Source: Octopus sinensis
Lineage: Eukaryota
NCBI RefSeq assembly: GCF_006345805.1
Contig: NC_043000.1
Span: 149,234,001 to 149,298,000, forward strand
Length of the DNA: 64,000 nt
Direction of reading: 5' to 3'
Shown: piece by piece, positions 1 to 11,639 of the stretch
Numbering within the stretch: the stretch's first letter is position 1
Layout of the letters: each line of letters opens with the position of its first letter
Notes under the pieces: model-generated
Seen by the model: only the letters and a program-made list of their open reading frames with translations
What the model was told of the DNA's origin: nothing
Database searches by the model: none
Translations under genes and position numbers: made by a program

Positions 1-38
1 AATATCTCATAGAGATATATACGGTGGTGGGGTGATAG

Positions 39-333
39 AATGGTTGTATACTGTCAATCTAACGTGACAGTCCTGTAAGGGAATTACACCACCGCTGTTT
101 AGCCCTAGGAAGCATCGACACTTCCTGATGGCTTCGACACATTTTTTCCCCTGTGTCCTTATATATTTACGAAGGGGAGACAAATACCCCCAGGCCTGGC
201 TGCTAGGGGTATTTGTCTCCCCTTCGTAAATATATAAACACACAGGAAGCCATCAGGAAGCGTCCATGCTTCCTAGGGCTAAACAGCAGTGGTATAATCC
301 CCTACTGTCATGTTAAATTGACAGTATACAACC

Positions 334-336
<3 letters not shown>
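39..336. mobile_element. Fold-back (palindromic) MITE-like element
   Basis: Left arm aatggttgtatactgtcaat...gacaaatacccc (39-190) is the imperfect reverse complement of ggggtatttgtc...attgacagtatacaaccatt (206-336). ORFs 7..243(-) and 213..413(+) are near-identical as a result. Confidence 0.8.
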
Positions 337-361
<25 letters not shown>

Positions 362-374
<13 letters not shown>

Positions 375-690
375 TCATCATCATCATCATTTAGCGTCCG
401 TTTTCCATGCTAGCATGGGTTGGACGGTTCTACTGGGGTCTGTGAAGCCAGAAGGCTTCATCAGGCCCAGTCAAATCTGGCAGTGTTTCTACGGCTGGAT
501 GCCCTTCCTAACGCCAACCACTCCATGAGTGTAGTGGGTGCTTTTTACGTGCCACCCGCACTGGTGCCAGACAGAGCTGGCAAACGGCCACGAACGGATG
601 GTGCTTTTTATGTGCCACCGGCACGAGGGCCAGGCGAGGCTGGCAACGGACACGAAACGGGGCGGTGCTGGCAACGGTCGATATAAAATG
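362..690 (-). mobile_element. 5'-truncated RTE LINE 3' end with (GAT)n tail
   Basis: Minus strand reads ggtggcacgtaaaaagcaccca...gttaggaagggcatccagc...ggacgctaaatgatgatg, the same tail that terminates the RTE at 705-3715. Confidence 0.8.
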
Positions 691-704
691 TATTATATAT
701 CATC

Positions 705-3700
705 ATCACATCATTGTTTAATGTCCGTTTTCCATGCTGGCATGGCTTGAATGGTTTGACTGGGGACTGGCAAACCAGGAGGTCACACAAGGCTACAATC
801 TGATCTGGCAATGTTTCTACAGCTGGATGCCCTTCCTAATGCCAACCACTCTAAGAGTGTAGTGGGTGCTTTTTACGTGCCACTGGCACAGGAGCTTGTC
901 AGATGGGCCTGGCATTGATCACATTCACATAGTGCTTTTTACTTACCAATGGTAGTCATGGGGCACTGGCCACAGCTACGATATTGGATTTACTTGACTC
1001 AACAGGTTTTCTCAAGCATATCATATCGCTCAATGCATCATGGGTACTCTTGACTGGGCCGGACATGCATGTCTGCGTTCTCACTTTAGTTGTCGGGTCT
1101 TCTCAATCACAGCATATCTCCAAAGGTCTCTGTGAGGTCCAATGTTCAAAGGCCATGCTTCACTATCTTATCCCATGTCTTCCTGGGTCTACTTCTTCCA
1201 CAGGTTCCTTAGGGAGTGTACTTCCTCACACAGCTGTCCTCATCCATAATAACACATGGCCATACCAGCACAGTCGTATCTCTTGCACATCACATCTGAT
1301 GCATCTTATGCCCAACTTTTCTCTTAGGGCGCTTACACTGTCATGTATGCACACTGACATTACACATCTAGCAGATCATACTAGATTCATTTCTTTCAAG
1401 CCTACGCATTTCCTCAGCAGTCATGGCCCATGTTTCACTGCTGTGTAGCATGGCAGTTCGCACACATGCATCATACAGTCTACCTTTCATCCTGAGCGAG
1501 AGGCCCTTAGTTGCCAGCAGAGGTAGGAGCTCCCTGAACTTTGCCCTGGCTATTCTTATTCTAGCCGCTACACTCTCAGGGCCACCACCTCCACTCCAGA
1601 CTTGGTCGCCTAGGTAGCGGAAGCTATTTATTACTTCTATTTTCTCCCCCTAGCATGTGATAGAATCTGTTTTCTGTACATCTTCAGTGTTTATTGCCAC
1701 TGTGCATCTGCCACACACAAAACTGTCTTCCCAGTTAACCTTTCTTTGATATTGCTGCACCTTTTATGTGTCTATAGGTTACACCGGTTACACCATATGG
1801 AGTTTCTACCCATGCCTTTTCCACAGATTGAGCAGGGCCATCTACCTGAAGGGGATTGTGATTTGACAGCCTTCCTACTTACTAAGACTGAGGTTTTTAC
1901 TAGGTTAACCCTCAGGCCCTTCAATTTTAGTCCTTGCTTCCACACCCTAAACTTCGTCTCTACTTCTGGCAGTGACTCGGCTATTAGAGCAAGTTCATCA
2001 GCATAGAGGAGCTCCTAGGGGCAGCCTGTCTTGAATTCCCCTCCTATTGCCTAGAGGATTATAATGAATAAGAGGAGGCTGAGGACTGATCCTTGGTGAA
2101 CCCCTACTTCTACTCGGAATTCTTCACTATACTTGTTGCCAACCCTCAGCTTACTGACAGCATCCCTGTACAGGGCTTGTGCAGCTCTTACCAATCACTT
2201 GTCTATCCCCAGTTTCCGCATTGACCACCAGATAAGAGATCGGGGTATCCTGTCAAAGGCTTTCTCCATGTCAACAAAAGCCAAGTACAGAGGTTTATCT
2301 TTGGCTAGATATTTCTCCTGTAGTTGCCTTACCAGAAATATAGCATCAGTGATGCTTCTGCCTGGCAGAAAACCAAACTGGATCTCATCTAGGCTAGCTC
2401 TCTCCCTAATTAGTTGGGCTATGACTCTCTCTGTAACTTTCATCACCTGATCCAATAATTTGATACCCCAGTAGTTATTTCTATCTAAAGCATCACCTTT
2501 CCTCCTGTAGCAGTTGACTATGGTGCTGCTACACCAATCATTGGGTATGACTCCTTCATGAACTACCTGATTTACGATGCGGGTGACAAGACCATAACCC
2601 ACACCGGACGATGTTTTAAGCATCTCAGTTGTGATTCTTGATGGGCCAGGTGCTTTTCCTGTCTTCATATCCTTAATTACTTTATCTACCTGGGTACTGT
2701 CGATTTGGAAAGCTGGTCCCTCAATTGGGTCAACCTTTGGCAGACTCTCCTCATCCCATTCATTCTCCACATTCAGCAGTCTTTCATAATGGCATCTCCA
2801 AACCTCTTTCTTTGCAGAATCATTAAATGCAAGAGCACCATCATCCATTTCTCTCCTATGACATCATGGTTTTCTCCCACACACTGTCTTGTAATCTTTA
2901 TATATAAAAGTCAAGTTGTGTGTCTGTCTCCTACGACTTAGATTCCTAACTACTCCCACATTTTGCGGTGCAGTTTAACCAAAACCGGGTATCTTATAGT
3001 CGTGATTCATATCGAGCCCTTCTGGGTATTAGCGCGCGTCTACGATGAGTCTACGATTTAAAAAAAAATTTACCATCATTTTTTTCCATTTTAATGCATT
3101 TTTTCGCTATTATATAAGGGAAGTAACTCTCTAAAAATGTCTACGATGAGTCAACGATTTAAAAAAAAATTTACCATCATTTTTTTTTCCATTTTTAATG
3201 CATTTTTTTTGCTATGTTTTGGCTATAACTCTCTAAAAATGCTTATATAGTTATTTCCCTTACAAACCCGAGCAACGCCGGGTGATACTGCTAGTCTGAA
3301 ATACTTTAGTTCTTTGGTCCTCAAGTAGCTGAGCATTGGCAAACTTCTTTCTGCTACACCCTAGGCTTTCTATACCTGTCTCCCTTTTGACTATCTGATA
3401 CATTCTCCTTCTACCCCTACCCTTCCAGGCCTTCCAAGCCATTTTTCTTTGTAATGGCCCTGTCTACAGTATTGCTTCACCACCATGTTACCCTAGGTCT
3501 GGAAGGGACTTTGCACCAGTTACAGATTTGGTCTGTGGCACTCAGCAAGCTGTCTTGCAGGAATTCCCAGCTGCCTTCTATGTCACAGGACTGTAGTTCC
3601 TCCTTCCTATCATCAAATTTCTCAGTGAGGATATCCCTAAATCTCTCACCATGTGAAAGGTTCTTAAGCTTCCATGTCCTTTTTTTCCAGATTCGTCTGC

Positions 3701-3714
3701 TTTTTGGCATATAT

Positions 3715-3715
<1 letters not shown>
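705..3715 (-). mobile_element. RTE-clade LINE, degenerate and 5'-truncated, interrupted by a Helitron-like element
   Basis: ORF 2195..2848 has RT motifs (KAPGPS, NYWGIKLL, QFGFLPGRSITDAIFLVRQLQEKY, LAFVDMEKAFDRIPR). Downstream frames continue the RT/C-terminus, and the 3' UTR with (GAT)n tail lies at 705-1060. Confidence 0.92.
2895..3294 (+). mobile_element. Non-autonomous Helitron-like element
   Basis: Starts TC(tttatatataaaag) and ends with a cccgagcaacgccggg hairpin then CTAG. Inserted between A and T with no TSD; removing it restores the RTE frame (VFQ|ITRQCVGE). Confidence 0.85.
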
Positions 3716-3766
<51 letters not shown>

Positions 3767-4717
3767 CGTACACATGACGGGCTTCTTTCAGTTTCCGTCT
3801 ACCAAATCCACTCACAAGGCCTTGGTCAGCCAGAAGCTATAGTGGAACCATGTGGTTGGTAAGGAAGCTACATGCCACACAGCCAGTCCTGTGCCTATGA
3901 TTACTAATTTTCGAAAGTAAAATATTTATAACCTTAAAATAAAATTGAAGAGAACAAATCTTTTCTTTTTGTATAATTCCTTCCATAACTACTCTCATTT
4001 ACTCCTCCTCCTCCCCCTCTATATCTATGATTCTCTCTCTCTCACTGTGTGTGGATAGTGTTCTTTTACTCATTGCCTGCCACCAAGCCTAGTATGCGTA
4101 CCGAAATGGCACATCTTATAACTTTTTGATATCTTTCATCTACTCTCTCTCCTGCTTTCTATATACAATGTAAAATGTAAATGGAGATATCAACCACCCA
4201 ACCAACATTTATATGAGCTAATTATTATATGGAGATATGGACCTAGTACTTGACTGATAATTCATTTTATCGACCCTGGAAGAGCAAAAATCAAAATTGA
4301 TATCGGAGGGATTTGAAGTTGATATATAAAGGGCTGTAACTAAATACCATAAGGCATTTTGTTTAATCCTCTAATGATTCAACTAATCTTTTGCCCTTCT
4401 AGTTTGTCATAATTACATCTGTTTCACTAATTAAATCAATACCATATACAAGTCGTTGCTTGTCTTTCCAGCAACATATCCGTCAAAGTCACGTCTTTTA
4501 ATTGGAAGCATAATGTCGGTGCATCATCTTCAGCAATAGCATCATCACCATCTACAACAGCCGTTAGTAACCTACAGGCAGAGTCCGGCTCAAAGTCTCC
4601 AAACAAAATTATATCTACTCACTCCACAGCAGCTAGAAATAAATGGTGATTGATTTCGAGATCTATATTCTGATAACCGGCGATTGTAATAGTCAAACCA
4701 TTACACTTGCTATTATA

Positions 4718-5110
4718 GGCGCAGGAGTGGCTGTGTGGTAAGTAGCTTGCTTACGAACCACATGGTTCCGGGTTCATCCCACTGCGTGGCACCTTGGGCA
4801 AGTGTCTTCTACTATAGCCTCGGCTGACCAAAGCCTGTGAGTGGATTTGGTAGACGGAAACTAAAGAAGCCCGTCGTATATGTATATATAATATATGTTT
4901 GTGTGTCTGTTTTGTCCCCCTAGCATTGCTTGACAACCGATGCTGGTGTGTTTACGTCCCCGTTACTTAGCGGTTCGGCAAAAGAGACCGATAGAATAAG
5001 TACTGGGCTTACAAAGAATAAGTCCAGGGGTCAATTTGCTCGACTAAAAGGCGGTGCTCCAGCATGGCCACAGTCAAATGACTGAAACAAGTAAAAGAGT
5101 AAAAGAGAGA
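4718..5110 (+). mobile_element. tRNA-derived SINE, family A (resembles octopus OR/CORE-type SINE; name unverified)
   Basis: Head ggcgcaggagtggctgtgtgg...ggttccgggttca with A/B-box-like motifs, ccttgggcaagtg core-like motif, internal (TA/TG)n, tail ggcggtgctccagcatggcc...gagtaaaagag. Confidence 0.88.
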
Positions 5111-5261
5111 GTATTTCATTTGGTACTGACCTGTGAAAATTCCATGGCCCATTTTGTGGTGCAGTGTCAATCATAAATATCTCCCCACTTGGTAGTAAAT
5201 ATCCTGTTATTTCCTTCTTAATCCTTCGATTAATTTCCAGGAAATCTTGTCTATTCTTTAT

Positions 5262-5625
5262 CATCATCATCATCATCATCATCGTTTAATGTCCGTTCTC
5301 CATGCTAGCATGGGTTGGACAGTTCGACCGGGGATCTGGGAAGCCAGAAGGCTGCACCAGGCTCCAGTCTTATCTGGCAATGTTTCTACACCTGGATGCC
5401 CTTCCTAACGCCAACCACTCTGTGAGTGAGTTAGTGGGTGCTTTTTACGTGCCACCCGCACAGGTGCCAGGCGAGGCTGGCAATGGCCACGGTCGGATTG
5501 GTGTATTTTACGTGCCACCGGCCCGGAAGCCAGTCGAGGCATCGCTGGCATCGGCCACGAGTTGGATGGTGCTTTTTACGTACCACCAGACCAGGGATCC
5601 TGGCTGGTTCAATTCGATTTCTTCT
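5262..5625 (-). mobile_element. 5'-truncated RTE LINE 3' end
   Basis: (GAT)n tail and the same 3' UTR as 6903-7290, truncated at a different 5' point. Confidence 0.8.
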
Positions 5626-5994
5626 AGCCCGTTTTTTTAAATTCTGACTTGTACAAAATATTCTTGCCCATCACAGTCATTCATATTTTGTCTTCTTTCT
5701 TGACTAATACTTCTCTTTCTCTTCGTGTTATCTTTGTCTTCATCATACGTCATACAACGCCATCTAGCTGCATTTTATTCCTTGTCTCTTGAGTTCATTC
5801 CTGATTCTCCTCATTTTATTCCTAATTCTTATTTCTTTCTTGGCCATATTTCCAGTTTTTCTTTGTATCTTCTCTCAGCAAAGAAGATTCAACCCCATTT
5901 CATTCCACTGCAAATGCAGAAGAGTTCCGAGGAAGAACAATCAAACTGCCTTCCATGTGGGTGGAATGAGTGAACAATCCTGATTAGGGTTGGT

Positions 5995-6250
5995 GAACAC
6001 CTGATCTAAGCAAATATTTTGAACAGGCTTTCTCTGCTCACAATGTGGAAGGCGTCCATGAGGTTGACAAAAGCAATGTAGAATGGTTGTCTTTGTTCTC
6101 AGCATTTTTCTTCTAATTGTCTTAAGAAGATCATGTCAATTGTGGAGATTTTTGATCTCAAACTGTACTGGGGGACTCGAGTTATATACACTTTCAGCAA
6201 TGTTCTCCAGTTTGTTTAGCACTACGTAATGATATTCAGCAAAGAAATGC
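5995..6250 (-). mobile_element. Degenerate RTE RT fragment
   Basis: Minus-strand frames give STIDMIFLRQL, F(Y)IAFVNLMDAFHIVSRESL with frameshifts. Confidence 0.6.
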
Positions 6251-6843
6251 TTCTATTGTTTGTGCTTGTACAGAGTAACTATAAAGCAGACAGTTCTAGG
6301 TATGTGTGGGCACAATATTTGTATCTACATTTTTAACCCTCATCTTTACAATACCATCGGTTCATGGCCGTTGCCAGCGCCACCCCGACTGGCCTCCGTG
6401 CCGGTGGCACGTAAAAGCACCATCCGTTTGTGTCCGTTGCCAGCCTTGCCTGGCCCCTTGCCGGTGGCACGTAAAAGCACCATCCGTTCTTGTCCGTTGC
6501 TTTTTCTGTAAACGAAAAAGTAGTTTCACCCTTCCATTTCTTTTTACATTAGCAACAGTTTCAGCTTAACAATAATACTTTGTTGGGTGCATAAAATCAT
6601 AACTCCATGCATGTATGATATTTTCAGTCAGAAATATTTTCTGCAAAACTGTCATATGTGGAATTTACTATACTTTTGAAAAGTGTTAAACCATTGTACG
6701 ACACTTTGGCAATTTTCATATCTTGACATCTGATAGTTTGACCAAAAACCAGCTATTGCAAGCAAAATTAAATATTGCAAAAAAAAAAGACAACATATTT
6801 GGCCAAATTTGGACATATGACAGCTTAACATAATAGCAACAAT

Positions 6844-6878
<35 letters not shown>

Positions 6879-6902
6879 TATACATATATATATATATACA
6901 TA

Positions 6903-7290
6903 CATCATCATCATCATCGTTTAACGTCCGTTCTCCATGCTAGCATGGGTTGGACGGTTCGACTGGGGATCTGGGAAGCCAGAAGGCTGCACCAGGCTCC
7001 AGTCTTATCTGGCAATGTTTCTACAGCTGGATGCCCTTCCTAATGCCAACCACTCCGTGAGTGTAGTGGGTGCTTTTTACGTGCCACCTGCACAGGTGCC
7101 AGGCGAGGCTGGCAACGGCCACGGTCGGATTGGTGTATTTTATGTGCCACCGGCACGGAAGCCAGTCGAGGTGGCGCTGGCATCGGCCACGAGTTGGATA
7201 GTGCTTTTTATGTACCACCAGACCAGGGATCCTGGCTGGTTCAATTCGATTTCGCTTTCGCTTGCCCCAACATGTCTTCGCAAGCAAAGG
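6903..7290 (-). mobile_element. 5'-truncated RTE LINE 3' end inserted in a TA microsatellite
   Basis: Absent from the duplicate copy at about 9990; has a (GAT)n tail. Confidence 0.85.
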
Positions 7291-7468
7291 GGAGTTGGCA
7301 TATATATATATATACACACATATATAAGAGTATGTTGGTGCAAACAGGAAAAATGGAACTCAAAATATGCGTATATGTATAAACAATAATAATACTTGGA
7401 TGGAATTCACAAACACTTCAATGCATTGCAATGCACGCTTCCACAAGTCACATGTTTCTCACGATCAT

Positions 7469-7678
7469 AGCCTCGTCTGGCACGTGTGCCGGTGGCACGT
7501 AAAAAGCACCCACTACACTCATGGAGTGGTTGGCGTTAGGAAGGGCATTCAGCCATAGAAACATTGTCAGATCAGACTGGGCCTGGTGCTGCCTTCTGGC
7601 TTCCCAGACCCCAGTTGAACCGTCCAACCCATGCCAGCATGGAAAGCGGACGCTAAACGATGATGATGGTGATGATGT
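7469..7678 (+). mobile_element. RTE LINE 3' end (duplicate at about 10155-10365)
   Basis: ggtggcacgtaaaaagcacccactac...ggacgctaaacgatgatgatg. Confidence 0.82.
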
Positions 7679-7799
7679 ATCCGACATTATATCGACACAG
7701 CTTAGTGCAACCCAAAAAGACTTGTATTGCCAGTTGGCATCATTAGACTAAGCTTTTATATGCATATTCAAAACATTTCCCATAAACAAAATTAAAGGA

Positions 7800-7844
<45 letters not shown>

Positions 7845-8313
7845 AAAAAATGAAGTTCGAAAATGCTGCTGTATTATACAATTTTTAATTTTTATATATA
7901 CATTATAACATGTTTCAGTTCCTGAAATGAACCTTATCAAAAAAAGTTATATATAAAAAGAGACAGCTCATGCCGTCAAACACAAGAAATTCATTTATAA
8001 TACACAACGGAGTCAGACATCTTAGAGTTCATGTATAGTTGATATATAGTTTGAAGTATGTTCATTCATGCTATATGTTCAAAGTGTTCGATGCAGTGGC
8101 CCACGGTGGCGATACGTATTCAATACAAAAAACAGATCAAAGTGGTGGAAAGCGGTCAATACAGAAGATTGATGTTTCCGAAAGAGCGAGGAATTCATTT
8201 TTACCTTAAGCAATTGTGATGACCCATGGTGGAAGTTCGCTGGGTGGTTCTAGTGAGTTTTTGTGAAATGCTCGGTTTTATAATGCCTGTTAAGTGGTCA
8301 ATCTAGCGTAGCG

Positions 8314-8745
8314 TGACGTCATCAATGTTTTGACCAATCGTTTTGTTAGGTGGCTTTAATCAAGTAGAACGGGACGTCATCATTATTTTGACCAATCGCT
8401 GCATTATAACTCCCTCTTGTTTGTTTCCTGTTTTGACCAGTCGCTTCGTTAGTCAAGTAGAACGGGACGTCATCATTGTTTTGACCAATCGCTGCATTAT
8501 ATCTGCCTCTTGTTTGTTTCCTGTTTTGACCAGTCGCTTCGTTAGTCAAGCAGAGCGGGACGTCATCCAGATTCTGCCCAATCACGACTTATAGCTACAT
8601 TAGATCTGCCCCCTGTCTGTACTTGTTAAGTGACTATTCAAGCAGAAAAGGACGTCATCAATATTCTGACTAATGACTGTCCCCTGTTTGTATCCTGTCC
8701 ATTCTAGCAGAGCTAGACGTCATCAACTTGTTGACCAATCAGAAT
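8314..8745 (+). promoter_or_regulatory. 93-bp tandem repeat carrying GACGTCA + CCAAT modules
   Basis: caag(t/c)aga.cgggacgtcatc at 8361, 8454 and 8547 (period 93). About six gacgtca...tgaccaat modules between 8314 and 8745. Regulatory function is inferred only. Confidence 0.5.
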
Positions 8746-8929
8746 CGGGTCTGACCCTTAGCTGTATCGTATGTATGAGGGTCAGATTTGCACGAAAGAA
8801 TTTTTTTCCATTTTTACTAAGGCATATTTCCGTCAGAGTGAGTGTCTGTTTGAAGTAGCGGCCGTGGTGAAATTTGGTTCTCCTTTTCGGAGGACTTATC
8901 TTTTGTTTTAGTATTCCTGGCCCAGGGTG

Positions 8930-9125
8930 TTTAAACTTGGTCTAAATTTTTTTATGAAATATAGTTCTTTATTTTGGCGTTGTGTGAAGGTTGCGTTGTC
9001 ACTGAATTTATAGAGCGGGTTAGTTGTAAATTTCGGATTTACATTTCCAGCACATCTATCTATGTGTCCGCTGACCGGTATTTTGCGGTAATCAGGGTTT
9101 CTAATTTGGGATTTATGCACCGCCC
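8930..9125 (-). mobile_element. Penelope-like element, GIY-YIG endonuclease C-terminal fragment
   Basis: RAVHKSQIRNPDYRKIPVSGHIDRC...RQNKELYFIKKFRPSLN matches the H..C / KE..FI....P.LN pattern of PLE endonucleases. Confidence 0.75.
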
Positions 9126-9132
9126 TCCTGTT

Positions 9133-9180
<48 letters not shown>

Positions 9181-9948
9181 ATGCACATACACAAACACGC
9201 ACGTGTATATACATATACAGGGGTTAGACAAAATAATGGAAACACCTAGCATCATAGCATCATAATTTTGAAATATCTTTAAAACCATCAAAAGCTTGTT
9301 TATTTTTATGTTTTTTGATTTATTATTAGTGTCAAATTGTTGGTGCTTGTACAGAGTAACTATAAAGCAGACAGTTCTAGGTATGTGTGGGCACAATATT
9401 TGTATCTACATTTTTAACCCTCATCTTTACAATATATATATATATATATACATGCACATACATATATACATGCACGCACACACACACATGGTTGCTATTA
9501 TGCAAAAGTGTCATAAGTCCAAAACGTTGCTTTTTCTGTAAACGAAAAAGTAGTTTCACCCTTCCATTTCTTTTTACATTAACAACAGTTTCAGCTTAAC
9601 AATAATACTTTGTTGGGTGCATAAAATCGTAACTCCATGCATGTATATTTTCAGTCGGAAATATTTTCTGCAAAACTGTCATATGTGGAATTTACTATAC
9701 TTTTGAAAAGTGTTAAACCATTGTACGACACTTTGGCAATTTTCATATCTTGACATCTGATAGTTTGACCAAAAACCAGCTATTGCAAGCAAAATTAAAT
9801 ATTGCAAAAAAAAAAGACAACATATTTGGCCAAATTTGGACATATGACAGCTTAACATAATAGCAACAATACACACACACACACACACACACACGCATAT
9901 ATATATATATACACACACACACACATATACATATATATATATATATAT

Positions 9949-9981
<33 letters not shown>

Positions 9982-10525
9982 CATACATATATATATATAC
10001 ACACATATATAAGAGTATGTTGGTGCAAACAGGAAAAGTGGAACTCAAAATATGCGTATATGTATAAACAATAATAATACTTGGATGGAATTCACAAACA
10101 CTTCAATGCATTGCCATGCACGCTTCCACAAGTCACATGTTTCTCACGATCATAGCCTCGTCTGGCACGTGTGCCGGTGGCACGTAAAAAGCACCCACTA
10201 CACTCATGGAGTGGTTGGCGTTAGGAAGGGCATTCAGCCATAGAAACATTGTCAGATCAGACTGGGCCTGGTGCTGCCTTCTGGCTTCCCAGACCCCAGT
10301 TGAACCGTCCAACCCATGCCAGCATGGAAAGCGGACGCTAAACGATGATGATGGTGATGATGTATCCGACATTATATCGACACAGCTTAGTGCAACCCAA
10401 AAAGACTTGTATTGCCTGTTGGCATCATTAGACTGTAGCTAGCATTATACAATAGAAGCTTTTATATGCATATTCAAAACATTTCCCATAAACGAAATTA
10501 AAGGATATATGTATATGTATATATG

Positions 10526-10560
<35 letters not shown>

Positions 10561-10599
10561 ATATACATACACACAAACACGCACATGTATATACATATA

Positions 10600-11350
10600 C
10601 AGGGGTTGGACAAAATAATGGAAACACCTAGCATCATAGCATCATAATTTTGAAATATCTTTAAAACCATCAAAAGCTTGTTTATTTTTATGTTTTTTGA
10701 TTTATTATTAGTGTCAAATTGTTGGTGCTTGTAAGGCAGGTGCTAGCGTAACTAAAACTGCCAAAATATTTGGTGTATCAAGAAGTACTGTCTCAAAAGT
10801 AATGACACCTTTGAAAAAGAGGGTAAAACCTCCTCATCGAAATAAAACTTTGGAAAAAGACCAAAACTTTCAGATAGGGACCGTTGGACTCTTACGTGAA
10901 TTGTTAGAAAGGCTCACAAAAAATAGCTCCCAAAATTACTGCAGAACTTAATGACCACCTTAAAAACCCAGTTTCCACAAAAACTGTTTACCGGGAGCTG
11001 CACAAAGCTGGATTTCATGGGAGTACTGCAGTCAGAAATCCACTACACTCAAAGCATTTAAAGTGGAGTAAAAAACTACAGAATTGGTCCCTAAAGAAGT
11101 GGAAGAATGTTATGTTCTCGGACGAGTTATCCATCACCTCATTTCTGACCACTGGCCAAGTATATGTGTGGAAACAGCCAAAAGAAGCATTTGACCCAGA
11201 CTATCTTCTTCTAACTGTTAAACATGGAGAAGGATCTGTGATGATCTTTGGGGGTGGGCTATAACTTGGAAATCCGCTAGCCCGATGGTTTCCCTTCATG
11301 GCAGTATTAATAGTCAAGATTATTTAAGCATTTTATCTGGTCAAATTCAT
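10600..11350 (+). mobile_element. Tc1-family transposon remnant
   Basis: TA|caggggttggacaaaataatggaaacacc terminus. Frameshifted transposase reads AGASVTKTAKIFGVSRSTVSKV, WKNVMFSDE, TVKHGEGSVM. The terminus is duplicated at 9218. Confidence 0.88.
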
Positions 11351-11357
11351 CAGCCTG

Positions 11358-11394
<37 letters not shown>

Positions 11395-11639
11395 AAGGTG
11401 TAGGTGTGAGTGTGTGCTAAGAAGCATGCTTCCCAATCATATGGCTTCAGGTTCAGTCCCACTGCATAGCAGCTTGGGCAAGTGTCTTCTACTATAGCTT
11501 TGCACTGACCAAAGCCTTGTAAGTGGATTTGGTAGATGGAAACTGAAGGAAGCCTTAGAGAAAATCTTCTATTAATTCAATAATGGAAGATGTTATTTAC
11601 ACCATATAGAAAACATACTATAAAAACCTTATTCTTAAA

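Larger units (their letters stand above)
6255..10733 (+). repeat. Tandem segmental duplication (about 1.4 kb unit; first copy expanded by insertions)
   Basis: 6262-6900 matches 9343-9990, 7300-7830 matches 9990-10520, and 9150-9351 matches 10530-10733. Confidence 0.88.

Noticed and set aside
4431-4649. Ser/Thr-rich open frame after a ctttccag acceptor; the opposite strand has IILFGDF
   Set aside because: Both readings are short and ambiguous (exon versus decayed endonuclease); neither can be supported.
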